Assembly: GCA_963711735.1 (NCBI GenBank)
Contig: CAVQFA010000004.1
Coordinates: forward strand, 4,872-68,871
Origin: Candidatus Gottesmanbacteria bacterium
GTDB taxonomy: Bacteria > Patescibacteriota > Microgenomatia > UBA10105 > UBA927
Reading direction: 5' to 3'
Length of the DNA: 64,000 nucleotides
The translations under genes and the position numbers were made by a program. Below are positions 38,946 through 48,966 of this stretch, piece after piece. Position 1 is the first letter of the stretch; every line of letters begins with the position of its first letter. Below the pieces are notes generated by a model. That model was given only the letters and a program-made list of their open reading frames with translations. It was not told the DNA's origin and made no database searches.

Positions 38946-40118
38946 CTATTTCAAGAGGCGGATGATGGTAGATATATCATTCGGAGACATATCAGGATCG
39001 CACCCGAGGTATAGACCGCATGCATGGATCTTTCCGGCATTTTTATACTCATAGGTACTTTTTTTGACGTATTTAGTAAAAAAGGGTTGTTTAGTTATAT
39101 CTCCTCCGACGATCGGACGTATTTCAACCTGATTATCTAAACGCGAAACGATTACATCACGTAAAGTCTCTGTTTTACATAGTATCGGAAAAGCAAAGGC
39201 GCTGAAAACATCCATATGAGTGTAGGAAATAGGCATATAGGAATCGGTATTACGGTAAACTGCTGATGCCAGATTTGTGAAATTTGCGTGCCTTTTCTCC
39301 AGATTTTCATCAAAATAGGAAAGCTGTTTTTTTCCGAGGAATCCCGTAATTTCGGTCGGACGCAGATTAAAACCGAGATCATAAAACGTATATCTGGAGA
39401 AAAATTCTGAATTTATCCGGTGCTTTATCCGCATACGTTTTCTGTTGGGAATAGTCATATTCCTGTCCCATCCGTGCGCCCGTACGATCTGAACCATCGA
39501 GCTGAGATCTTTATTATCCGTTGCGACCATTCCACCCTCAATTGTGGACAGGTGATGTCCGGCATAAAAGGAAAATGTTGAGGCAATTCCGAAATTCCCA
39601 AGTCTTTTTCCTTTATATACGCTGCCCAATGCCTCACATGCGTCCTCAATGAGATAGATATTCTTTCTTTTACAGATACGCTCAATTTCGTCAAGATCCG
39701 AACATAATCCCAGAAGATGTGTGAGAAATAATGCTTTCACCGGTGTCCGATCGAGCACTTTCTGTAATGTTTTTGATGAAATATTTAATGTACGGATGTC
39801 CACATCTATCGGAACAACGGTAAGTCCAAGCTCAATAAGCGGCATGACGTTTGTGGACCATGTAACTGCTGATACACCTACAACATCTCCGATTTTCAGC
39901 CATCCTAAATTTTTCATCGACTGGACGACCGCAAGATTTGCCGAACTGCCGCTGTTAACGAGGCTGCAGAACTTCCTTTGTTGCCATTTTGCAAAATCTT
40001 CTTCAAATGATACACAAACATTCCCGAAACTTAAACGTTTTGCGTATCGGATGAAATCCGAAAGTGCGTTTAGAGTCTCACGCTCGTTATAAAAGGTATG
40101 TTTAACAAGTGGTATCAT
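38946..40118 (-). CDS. DegT-fold PMP-dependent 3-dehydratase, ColD-like
   Basis: NSGSSANL, TWST, EDACE, SFYAGHHLSTIEGG (His at the usual Schiff-base Lys position), RAHGW.R, GFNLRPTE, RPIVGG. Confidence 0.82.
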   Translation of the reverse strand: MIPLVKHTFYNERETLNALSDFIRYAKRLSFGNVCVSFEEDFAKWQQRKFCSLVNSGSSANLAVVQSMKNLGWLKIGDVVGVSAVTWSTNVMPLIELGLTVVPIDVDIRTLNISSKTLQKVLDRTPVKALFLTHLLGLCSDLDEIERICKRKNIYLIEDACEALGSVYKGKRLGNFGIASTFSFYAGHHLSTIEGGMVATDNKDLSSMVQIVRAHGWDRNMTIPNRKRMRIKHRINSEFFSRYTFYDLGFNLRPTEITGFLGKKQLSYFDENLEKRHANFTNLASAVYRNTDSYMPISYTHMDVFSAFAFPILCKTETLRDVIVSRLDNQVEIRPIVGGDITKQPFFTKYVKKSTYEYKNAGKIHACGLYLGCDPDMSPNDISTIIRLLK

Positions 40119-41290
40119 AAAACACCTGATTTTTTGAAAGCATGTGTAAATACCGTTTCCCAGGTATATTTCTTTGCATACCGGAATGCATTTTCTCTGA
40201 ATACATTCATGTCTTCATCGGATCCGGAAAAAAACTCGAGAACATTTTCTGCAAATTTTTTGGAATCGTATGGTGAAACAATTCCGCATCCGTACCGTAT
40301 GACGTCTCCTGCTATTGCACTCGTGTCAGTCATAATAACAGGAATTCCTGAAGACAGATACTGCTTAACTTTTGCGGGTTCGGTGTACGAAATAAATTCA
40401 TGAGACGGATCATACATAGCAGTACCGAGTGCCGCGCGGGATACTATGTATTCGATTTTTTTCGTGTCAGCTATATACCCCGTAAAATGAACTGACTTAG
40501 CGATTCCGAGTGATGATGCAAGTGATGTAAGATCTTTTATGTAATCACCTCCACCGATGACTGTCAAAGATATATCGGGAATTGTTTTTTTTATAATGGG
40601 TAGTGCTTTTATAACAAGCTGTATACCCTTGGTTTTATATATGTTTCCCATATATACCAACTCATATTTATTGGACTCCCTATAAAGTATTGGGGTTTTG
40701 CGATGGATAGTTACACCATGAGGAACAATGAGTTGTCCCGGAAACGATTTTCCCCATTTACGTTTCCGCTCACGTATCATACCAATAGCGTAATTCCATG
40801 TGTAATCGGAATATGAAACACTGAGGTAGTCTGCAAAGTGGTAAATAGAATTGAAAATGACATTTTCAAAACGTTTCGGAAGATAATCAATTGAATAGAA
40901 AATGACATGTTTGACAAGCCCAAGGCTCCTGAGTATGAGCCCGCAGAACGCATTAAGGTTACCTACACCGATAAAATAGTCATATGTCCCTTTGGCATTT
41001 ACCGTAGTCCATACAAATGTGTATACGGTATCTTTAATATACTGGAGATACTCAGGAAGTGTGAGTTTTGGCGCTTCAATACGGCGTACTGTCTTTTTAC
41101 CCTTATACATCTCCATGTGTGATGCGGTTATTGGATTTTTCGGTGCATACCTGTTCACATGCCCGATCGTTATGAGACTATTCACATGAGCGTCTCTGAG
41201 ATACCCGCCAAGTGCATGCGGAGAACCGGTAGGATAGTCATGAAAAACAAGAATTACTTTTAATTTGTTCAGCATTGTATGTCGGTCCAT
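40115..41290 (-). CDS. GT4-like glycosyltransferase
   Basis: VPHGV, YMGNI..TKG, P.KVKQYLSSGIPVI GT-B C-terminal pattern. Confidence 0.82.
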   Translation of the reverse strand: MDRHTMLNKLKVILVFHDYPTGSPHALGGYLRDAHVNSLITIGHVNRYAPKNPITASHMEMYKGKKTVRRIEAPKLTLPEYLQYIKDTVYTFVWTTVNAKGTYDYFIGVGNLNAFCGLILRSLGLVKHVIFYSIDYLPKRFENVIFNSIYHFADYLSVSYSDYTWNYAIGMIRERKRKWGKSFPGQLIVPHGVTIHRKTPILYRESNKYELVYMGNIYKTKGIQLVIKALPIIKKTIPDISLTVIGGGDYIKDLTSLASSLGIAKSVHFTGYIADTKKIEYIVSRAALGTAMYDPSHEFISYTEPAKVKQYLSSGIPVIMTDTSAIAGDVIRYGCGIVSPYDSKKFAENVLEFFSGSDEDMNVFRENAFRYAKKYTWETVFTHAFKKSGVL

Positions 41291-41362
41291 AGAGATATAA
41301 ATATACGTTATAAAACCGGTAAACTGATGTAAATTCGTCCGGGTTAAATAATCACATCAGAT

Positions 41363-42406
41363 TTATTTACCTATACGTAACCATGAATATGTATCGTCTA
41401 TTACCTCATGAATGGTTTTCGTTGGTTTCCATTTTGAAATATTTCCGACTAAGGTATTATCCGTAATATATATGGGCACATCGTTCTTCCTTGTCTGAAG
41501 GACTTTCCGAATCGGTATCGTGTTTCCGGTAATTTTTTGGCACAACAGGGTAAGCTCTACCAATGAAACGCTGTTTTGGAAACCACCGCCTGCGTTTACT
41601 ATTTTTCCGTTGAATGTATCGGGGGTTTTTAACTCTCTGAGAAGAAGATCAAAAAGATCATCTATATGCAGAATGTCCCTGACCTGTTTTCCCTCTCCGC
41701 CAAACCCTATATAGGAAAGAGGTAATTTCTCCATATGTGAAGAGAGCCAGAATGAAAGTATTCCCTGATCAACTTTACCGAACTGCCAGGGACCCGCAAT
41801 AACGCCGAATCTATTAACAATTGCGCGTATTGCATACATATCGGCATATTCAAAAAGCATTATCTCCGCAGAAAGCTTTGTAGCGCCGTATAACGATCTG
41901 ACACCATCCAGCGGAAACTTTTCCGAAATACCTTTTGCTGATGCGCCTGTTATAGTCTGCGTTTGCGTAAGTTCAAATCTTGTTTTCGTTTCACGGTATA
42001 CCAGACTGTTCAGATAATTGACGGGATATACCCTGCTTGTTGAAAGAAAGACAACGTCCGCGCGTTTTTTCCGTGCGATTTCGAAACAATTAACGGCACC
42101 CGATAAATTTGTATCTACCGCATAACGGGAAGATGAATTTACACCGGCAAGTACGGATGGCTCGGCGGAACATTCTATGAGAAGATCAACCTTACCGACA
42201 TCAAGATCTTTCTCTTTACGGACATCTCCTTTAATAAATTTTACACCGTGTTCTTTCAGCCTGGGAAGATTTCGCTCTGATCCTTTTCTGTACAGGTTAT
42301 CTAATGCAAATACTGTAATATTTCCGAAATGTTCTTTCAGCTTTACGCAGATATTGGAGCCGACAAACCCTGCACCGCCTGTAATGAGAATATTCTTATA
42401 ATTCAT
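41363..42406 (-). CDS. NAD-dependent epimerase, CDP-paratose 2-epimerase (RfbE)-like
   Basis: TGGAGFVG, SAEPSV, STSRVY, YGATK, GKQVRD. Confidence 0.85.
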   Translation of the reverse strand: MNYKNILITGGAGFVGSNICVKLKEHFGNITVFALDNLYRKGSERNLPRLKEHGVKFIKGDVRKEKDLDVGKVDLLIECSAEPSVLAGVNSSSRYAVDTNLSGAVNCFEIARKKRADVVFLSTSRVYPVNYLNSLVYRETKTRFELTQTQTITGASAKGISEKFPLDGVRSLYGATKLSAEIMLFEYADMYAIRAIVNRFGVIAGPWQFGKVDQGILSFWLSSHMEKLPLSYIGFGGEGKQVRDILHIDDLFDLLLRELKTPDTFNGKIVNAGGGFQNSVSLVELTLLCQKITGNTIPIRKVLQTRKNDVPIYITDNTLVGNISKWKPTKTIHEVIDDTYSWLRIGK

Positions 42407-42408
42407 AT

Positions 42409-43476
42409 TTATTTGAAATGACCTTGGGAACAAATCTCGTCTAAAATCATATCTATGTCGTATGTATATTTCCATTTGGGGTAGTGTTTCCGGAATTTCG
42501 ATACGTCGGATAAATACCAGATATGGTCTCCGATACGGTTCGGATTCACATATTTTATATTTGCCTTTTTGCCCATAATCCGTTCGATTTTCCCTATCGC
42601 CTCCAGCATTGATATGTTGGAGTATCTGGATCCGCCGATGTTATACACTTCTCCTTTACGGGGGTTTTGGTAGAAACTATAAAAGGCGTTTACCAGATCA
42701 TAAGAATGTATATTGTCCCTAACCTGCTTGCCTTTATATCCGTAAATAGTATATTTTTCTCCTCTATAGATACAACGTGCTAAATAAGCCAAGAATCCGT
42801 GAAGTTCAGTGCCTGAATGTGCAGGACCCGTCAGACAACCACCGCGGAATACTCCGGTTGCAAGGTTAAAATATCTGCCATATTCCTGCACCATGAGGTC
42901 TGCAGCTGTCTTTGATACCCCGAATATGCTGTGTGTCGTACGGTCTAAACTCATCGTCTCATCTATTCCTTTATAAAATTTGTGCGTACGTGGGAGCTCA
43001 TAACGCGTATTTTTCTCAATGAAGGGTAATTGGTTCGGATTGTCCCCGTAAACCTTATTCGTAGAGGTAAAAATGAAAACAGCTTCTTTGGCATACGCAC
43101 GGTATGCTTCCAGAAGCACGAGTGTACCGACCGCATTTACCGAGAAATCCGTCATTGGTTCACGTGCAGCCCAATCGTGTGACGGTTGTGCTGCAGCATG
43201 GATAATAAGATTAAAGGAAGTCTGTTTAATTACACGCTTGATAGCTTTCTCGTCCCGTATATCAGTCTGGTGATGAATATATTGTTTATTGAATGTTTTT
43301 TCGAGAAGTTTCCTGTTCCACCCTGTGCTTGCCTCAGGTCCAAAAAAGTATTCGCGCATGTTATTGTCGATCCCGTGCACGATAAAACCTTTATGAATAA
43401 AGAATTTTACTGCTTCAGAACCAATCAAACCTGCTGATCCTGTTATAAGAGCATATTTCTGCCGTCGTGTTCTCAT
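42409..43476 (-). CDS. NAD-dependent epimerase, RfbE-like, with FxxxK in place of YxxxK
   Basis: [43 protein letters not shown]. Confidence 0.85.
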   Translation of the reverse strand: MRTRRQKYALITGSAGLIGSEAVKFFIHKGFIVHGIDNNMREYFFGPEASTGWNRKLLEKTFNKQYIHHQTDIRDEKAIKRVIKQTSFNLIIHAAAQPSHDWAAREPMTDFSVNAVGTLVLLEAYRAYAKEAVFIFTSTNKVYGDNPNQLPFIEKNTRYELPRTHKFYKGIDETMSLDRTTHSIFGVSKTAADLMVQEYGRYFNLATGVFRGGCLTGPAHSGTELHGFLAYLARCIYRGEKYTIYGYKGKQVRDNIHSYDLVNAFYSFYQNPRKGEVYNIGGSRYSNISMLEAIGKIERIMGKKANIKYVNPNRIGDHIWYLSDVSKFRKHYPKWKYTYDIDMILDEICSQGHFK

Positions 43477-43524
43477 AGATTTTGCTCGTATTATATGCTA
43501 AAAATCGAACCTGCATACCCGGTA

Positions 43525-45393
43525 TCATTTATCAAAAGCATATATGGAGAATTTGGAGTCATCATATACCAATGTGCCTGCCGAAGATAAGGCTTTGATG
43601 TTTATTTCATAAGGAAAATCATTTTTGGCAAATTTCGGAATAAGAGCATAACTGACACCTGAACGGAGCGCACTGTTTTTGTTACCGTTATAAATGCTTT
43701 GTACAATCCGGGATCGGTCTGTCAATCCGACATTTCCGAAGAATCCGAAATAATTCCTTCGTCCTGCAAAAACTACCGGGTCTATCATGTCCGAATAAGA
43801 AACAAAAACAGAATCTTTAGAAGTGTTGGAATGAATCCATGATATGACGGGCAGAATCTCCTTACTGACAATTGGAAATGCAAATTCGTTTTTAATCGGC
43901 ATCAGATCAACAATCCCTGAAATCGTAAGGATACCAAATAAGATTACCGAAACAATCTTTCCTGTGTAATGATAGCTATTCCAAATCCATACGAGTCCTA
44001 CGGCTGCAAGGATATCTATCCAGATAACCAAAAATGATAGAAATTTTTGGTCAAATCCGTGTTTTCCCAGTCCTGCATAAAGACATAATCCGATAAATAA
44101 TGCGATAAAAGGGATGCTTACTTTACGGGTTTTCTGTGGGAGTACAATATATCCTATACATGCAACAATGGGTAATATACCAAGATTCTGCCACAGATAA
44201 TCAGCTATCGTCCAAGTCGCAGGAGCATAGATAGAGGAAGAAATACTAAATAATCCTGCAATTAATGCTCTAAGATCCCCCAATACCACAATATAGGGAA
44301 TCATAATAAAAGTGATGCATAATCCGTACGGGATGACAAACGCGGTTATATCTTTCCATTTTTTTTCAAGTGCCAACAAAAAAGCGATCACAACCCCCGT
44401 CAGCAGACACACAGCCATATTCCAAAAAAACAATGTTCCGCATAGTAATCCCATGATGAAAGATGTAAGTATCTTTACCTGTTTCTCAGAAATCTTCTTT
44501 TGCATGAGAATGATAATAAATAAACCCGAAGCTGTCGCAAAAGCCAGATGCCGCTGATTTACATAATTATTGAGAGTCATAAATAATGAAATAGCAGAGC
44601 CGTCAAAAGGGCCAGCATAAGGATATGTCGGTAACCGCCAAATATACATAAAAGTTTCTTTAGAAAAACCGCGGGATAAAAGAATATTCCAAAATGCGAG
44701 AGTACTGTTTGTAACTGTCAGAATTACCGCAAACCACCCTGTTATTCTTTTTTGTTTAAAAAGAAGTTGCGGAATATTATAAATAATAATCAAAAGTGCA
44801 CTGAACGATAAAATGCTTGTAATATTTATTGCCCAAAGTACGGGAACTCCGAAATATTCCCAGATAGACACAAAAAAATAAAAAAGGAAATGATAAAACA
44901 AGGGCAATCCGGCCCGGAACGGTGACGTAAAAGGAATATTTTCTCCCCACGAGAATGACCGCACGATTCCCAGAGCATTCCCGAAATCAAAAACATTGTT
45001 GCTTCCGACGAATAACGTCCCATCCGTTCCTCCGTGGAATGTTTTTGTCATCAGCCACGAACTGAAAATAATTGCAAAAAAGATAATAAGTATATCGCTG
45101 ATTGTTAAACTATAATTGGACGGAAATTTTTTAACTCTAACAAATAGTGCGGCAACAGCTAATATCGCGATTAGTAGAATCGTTCCCCAAAGAATCGGTT
45201 CTCCTGTTTGCTTAACCAAGATTGACAACAGATAGGTTATAGGGACACCGATATCGATTCCAATCAGCATTGAACCGACAAACGACATAAGCGTCGGCAG
45301 TCCTGAAAACCACTTTTTGATAACAAACCAACCAAGAAAGAACAGTGATGTGAGATAAATTATGAGGACAAATAAATGCATACCCTGTTGCAT
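43525..45393 (-). CDS. Polytopic membrane protein, probable GT-C glycosyltransferase
   Basis: 622 aa with more than 10 TM helices; acidic first loop (VFDFG), P...G..L.YHF, NQRH, C-terminal SWI..NT.KDSVF...AGRR. Confidence 0.6.
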   Translation of the reverse strand: MQQGMHLFVLIIYLTSLFFLGWFVIKKWFSGLPTLMSFVGSMLIGIDIGVPITYLLSILVKQTGEPILWGTILLIAILAVAALFVRVKKFPSNYSLTISDILIIFFAIIFSSWLMTKTFHGGTDGTLFVGSNNVFDFGNALGIVRSFSWGENIPFTSPFRAGLPLFYHFLFYFFVSIWEYFGVPVLWAINITSILSFSALLIIIYNIPQLLFKQKRITGWFAVILTVTNSTLAFWNILLSRGFSKETFMYIWRLPTYPYAGPFDGSAISLFMTLNNYVNQRHLAFATASGLFIIILMQKKISEKQVKILTSFIMGLLCGTLFFWNMAVCLLTGVVIAFLLALEKKWKDITAFVIPYGLCITFIMIPYIVVLGDLRALIAGLFSISSSIYAPATWTIADYLWQNLGILPIVACIGYIVLPQKTRKVSIPFIALFIGLCLYAGLGKHGFDQKFLSFLVIWIDILAAVGLVWIWNSYHYTGKIVSVILFGILTISGIVDLMPIKNEFAFPIVSKEILPVISWIHSNTSKDSVFVSYSDMIDPVVFAGRRNYFGFFGNVGLTDRSRIVQSIYNGNKNSALRSGVSYALIPKFAKNDFPYEINIKALSSAGTLVYDDSKFSIYAFDK

Positions 45394-45396
45394 AAG

Positions 45397-47223
45397 TTAT
45401 TTTCGGAGTTTTAAAACAACTATTGTTCCTGCAATACTGATAATGGTAAACATACTCATAAACAATCCGATCTTCACCCAATATTCCTGTTTTGAAACTA
45501 TATCAGGTTTATACTGCTTAAATACGAAGGAAGGATTAGTAAAAATTGCAATTTGGCTAAATCCGTCTAATTTAACAAGTCCGGATTTGGTTAATGAGTC
45601 TATCAGTGCTTTCCGTTGTGATACATCATACTTATAATCTGATAAAAATATCCGTTTTTCTACGTCTATCGGAACGATAATATATTTTACACCGCTGTCA
45701 AAAATTGTTTTTTTGAATTTTTTACCGCCGATTAACTTAACCAGCTCGGGAGCTGATGAATTAATAAATAAAGTCGATCCGGTTATAACCGGATGTGAGT
45801 CGGATGAAAATGCAAACTTTTCCGGCACCGGCAGCCATAACGTTCTGTATGGACTCATGTCATGCACTATCAGATCCTTTAATTTTACATACTCAGGGGG
45901 AATGGGTTTCAGTATAAACTGACCGAATAACTGTCCTAAGAGTAATTGGCGTATGGTAAAACCCCAGAATATAATAAAAATTACGGAAATACAGATAAAT
46001 ACATTTTCATAAGAAGCTGAAAATAAATATTTTAGCCGTCCTTTGACGACTTTCATCAATATTTGTTTTATTGCATCAGAACTCCGGACTGCTATAACCT
46101 GCAGTCCTAGAGGTATTAGTACCGCATATCCCAATGCTATATAAAGGTAAAATTTAGACGAATCACGAAACAAAACAAATCCGGGAACATGTGAATATAA
46201 CCAGTAATATATTTCACCAAATGGCAGCTTAACACCTTTTGCCAAAAAAGCACCGAGCAATGCTAATATCGTGAAATACGTCACTTTAGCTGGACTTGTG
46301 GTCTCAAGGATTTTCCCTTTATCAAGCAATCCTTTTGCCCGCAATCTATCAGCCATCAATAGTGTCGCAAATGCGATAAACGGTAACACGAGAAATTCCG
46401 GTTGCATGAAATATACTCTCCCGAACAGATTTTCCGGCCAATTTGCATGCAGCAGGGACAGTGCGTGAGGCAAATCGGCAAAACTTAAATCTTTTACAAT
46501 ATACATTCCTGTATACATCTCACCCTGATCATTCGTGCTCCAACCGGATAACATAATCGGCAGGATCCAAAACATGTGCGTGAATAGTGCGATACACCCC
46601 GGAATAATAAATACGAAGACGCCCTGAGAAATAATTGAACGTAATGTTCCGAAATTTGTTTCGATCTGACGGATTAATAAATATAGGAAAACCGCAACAA
46701 CGATTAAATATGCCAAACGCAAATCAAAAGCTATAAGTAATGAAAGTAATAATCCGCTTATTAAACTGTTTTTCGTAATATCCCGTACTTCTCCCCCTTT
46801 ATCCAATACGGAATCAATATTTTGCAGAAACTGAAATAACGTAATAGGAGCAAAGCCATACGCAAGCGCAACTCCGATTTGACCTCCTCCGAACACCATT
46901 AATATGTATGTGTTAGTAGAATAGACAATTACTGCAATTATTTTTTGTATTGAACTTCGGAAAACCAGGCTTGAAAGCCGAACAATAGAGAACATTGCCA
47001 TAAAAAGAACTGAAATCCATAGAATTTTTTCAATGATATCCCAGTGAAATCCGAATGAAGAAAAAATCTTTACGAGAAGAGTAAACGGATAATCAAACCA
47101 CATCCGGGACAGGGTTGAAATTCCTAAGTTATATTCAGGGTGCCAGATCTGCGGTAACCAGGATAGGTTACGTAATTGTTCAGCGAAATAAAATCCCGAA
47201 TCCCCGCCCGCGAAATACAACAT
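45397..47223 (-). CDS. Polytopic membrane protein, GT-C-like (YfhO/AftD-like)
   Basis: GGD start, many TM helices, PGFVLFRDSSKF, IPPEY, RTLWLP, GVKYIIV. Confidence 0.6.
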   Translation of the reverse strand: MLYFAGGDSGFYFAEQLRNLSWLPQIWHPEYNLGISTLSRMWFDYPFTLLVKIFSSFGFHWDIIEKILWISVLFMAMFSIVRLSSLVFRSSIQKIIAVIVYSTNTYILMVFGGGQIGVALAYGFAPITLFQFLQNIDSVLDKGGEVRDITKNSLISGLLLSLLIAFDLRLAYLIVVAVFLYLLIRQIETNFGTLRSIISQGVFVFIIPGCIALFTHMFWILPIMLSGWSTNDQGEMYTGMYIVKDLSFADLPHALSLLHANWPENLFGRVYFMQPEFLVLPFIAFATLLMADRLRAKGLLDKGKILETTSPAKVTYFTILALLGAFLAKGVKLPFGEIYYWLYSHVPGFVLFRDSSKFYLYIALGYAVLIPLGLQVIAVRSSDAIKQILMKVVKGRLKYLFSASYENVFICISVIFIIFWGFTIRQLLLGQLFGQFILKPIPPEYVKLKDLIVHDMSPYRTLWLPVPEKFAFSSDSHPVITGSTLFINSSAPELVKLIGGKKFKKTIFDSGVKYIIVPIDVEKRIFLSDYKYDVSQRKALIDSLTKSGLVKLDGFSQIAIFTNPSFVFKQYKPDIVSKQEYWVKIGLFMSMFTIISIAGTIVVLKLRK

Positions 47224-47228
47224 AATAT

Positions 47229-47975
47229 TTAATTTTTCCTGACAACGATAAAGCAGGACGGCATCATATACTTTATAACCGGAAGAGCATCAATGACATG
47301 GGTGATCCGAGAGTCACTTTGGATAAATCCGCTTTCATATATTATAGAGCAGTCCATCTTCTGAATTATACACCGCAAATCCAATGGATTTGTGACAACT
47401 ATCGCATCGTCGTCGTACTGGAAAATAGCCCGTTTTATCGGTCTCATTCTTTCAAATTTATCTTCTGAAACAATTAACTTGGTTAGTATACGGACAAAAT
47501 TTTTTATTCTGTTTGTTAGTCCCTTTATTCTTGGGTGCGGACTTTGCATAACGACGGATAAGAAATTCGGGCATGCAATCAACAAATATCCTCCGCCCGT
47601 AAGCGTACGTAATTGCTCCTGCAGAAAAAATTCGGGATTCTCCGTGTGTTCGAGTACATTAAACGATCCGACAAGTTCGAAGTAATTATTCTTAAACGGT
47701 AATTTCCCGCCGTCATACTGATAACAGTATTTTAATCCTCGTTTTTTTGCAGCCGCAATAAAGAGTTTAGACACATCAATGCCATGTCCGTTCCGGTACC
47801 CTTGCCTATTGAGTGAAGTAAGGAGGAATCCGTTACCGCAACCGACATCCAAAAACCGGCTTGACTTCTTTATAATGTACCGTTTTATATATTTGAGGTA
47901 TTTTTTGTAAAATTCCGGCGGTAGTTCATTTAATTTCTGAAGATATTGAGTATTCTCATAATTAAATTTTTTCAT
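47229..47975 (-). CDS. Class I SAM-dependent methyltransferase
   Basis: LDVGCGNG, GID, LPF....FE, VLEH, ACPN. Confidence 0.9.
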   Translation of the reverse strand: MKKFNYENTQYLQKLNELPPEFYKKYLKYIKRYIIKKSSRFLDVGCGNGFLLTSLNRQGYRNGHGIDVSKLFIAAAKKRGLKYCYQYDGGKLPFKNNYFELVGSFNVLEHTENPEFFLQEQLRTLTGGGYLLIACPNFLSVVMQSPHPRIKGLTNRIKNFVRILTKLIVSEDKFERMRPIKRAIFQYDDDAIVVTNPLDLRCIIQKMDCSIIYESGFIQSDSRITHVIDALPVIKYMMPSCFIVVRKN

Positions 47976-47991
47976 ATCTTCAAAAAATTTT

Positions 47992-48966
47992 TCACGGTCG
48001 CTTATTTTTAATTACTAATTTATCTGATTTTTTTTCTTCCCAAATAGCCTGAGCCATACCGATGAACAGATATACGTAAATCCAAATATTCAATTTATTC
48101 TGTATATATCCGGTATTAAAATATATTAATGGAAGCCAAATAGCGAGAAGAACAAAAGCAATCGTGTAGTTAGATTTGCTTTCTAAGCTATACTTTTTAA
48201 TCGATATTACACGACCTACGATCAATAAAAGCAAAACACCAAAGTATACTTTCTGCAGAAATACTATATCGATCACAGTAAACAATAATATAATAATTGG
48301 TAACGGTAATATTTTATTAAAATCTTTTTTTCCCGTCAGGTAAAGTAATAAGGGAATGAGATATAATGTCGAATTCAATAAATAGTCTATATTAGTAAAT
48401 GAGGTTATTATCTTCCTGGTAATAAATTGGGCTGCGTTGCTTATGCTGAATAGAATAGCCTTTTTTGTATACTTATGAACGGTTGTTAACTGCGGATCTG
48501 ATACATTTAATTCTATGGAATTATTATTGTTTCCTGACAACGATATAATCTCAAACTCATATACCTTATTCTTTGAATCATTGATTACCGGAAAACCGAA
48601 GGGAAAATTTTGAATATTTTCTATTGCACCCGAGTTATAGTCATTGCTGTAATACCAGTTTTGAGATATATTTTCTTTTATTCGAAAATTTATATAATCT
48701 GCTTCACTACTCTCAGAATTACTGTTGTACCCGAATCGAAGAGTAATTATTCCAAGAAAATTATCCTTCGCCGCAAACGTTCCTGCTATTTTCCCTCTAT
48801 TCTGTATTTTATTCTGAGGATACTGTATCAACTTCGCCTTTGGGTATTGATATACTAATGAAGTAAAACCGTAAGTATTGTTTAAAAATAATGAGGCAAG
48901 AAACCAAAACATCACTAGCATCAGAGGAATAACTATCCTGAAAAGAAAACTTTTTGTTTTAATCAT
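47992..48966 (-). CDS. Hypothetical membrane protein with an extracellular beta domain
   Basis: N-terminal TM, soluble region (NFLGIITLRF...FPFGFPVINDSKNK), several C-terminal TM helices. Confidence 0.7.
   Translation of the reverse strand: MIKTKSFLFRIVIPLMLVMFWFLASLFLNNTYGFTSLVYQYPKAKLIQYPQNKIQNRGKIAGTFAAKDNFLGIITLRFGYNSNSESSEADYINFRIKENISQNWYYSNDYNSGAIENIQNFPFGFPVINDSKNKVYEFEIISLSGNNNNSIELNVSDPQLTTVHKYTKKAILFSISNAAQFITRKIITSFTNIDYLLNSTLYLIPLLLYLTGKKDFNKILPLPIIILLFTVIDIVFLQKVYFGVLLLLIVGRVISIKKYSLESKSNYTIAFVLLAIWLPLIYFNTGYIQNKLNIWIYVYLFIGMAQAIWEEKKSDKLVIKNKRP

Noticed and set aside
41324-41360. CTGATGT...ACATCAG inverted repeat as a terminator
   Set aside because: Weak 7-bp stem, 23-nt loop and only a short U run
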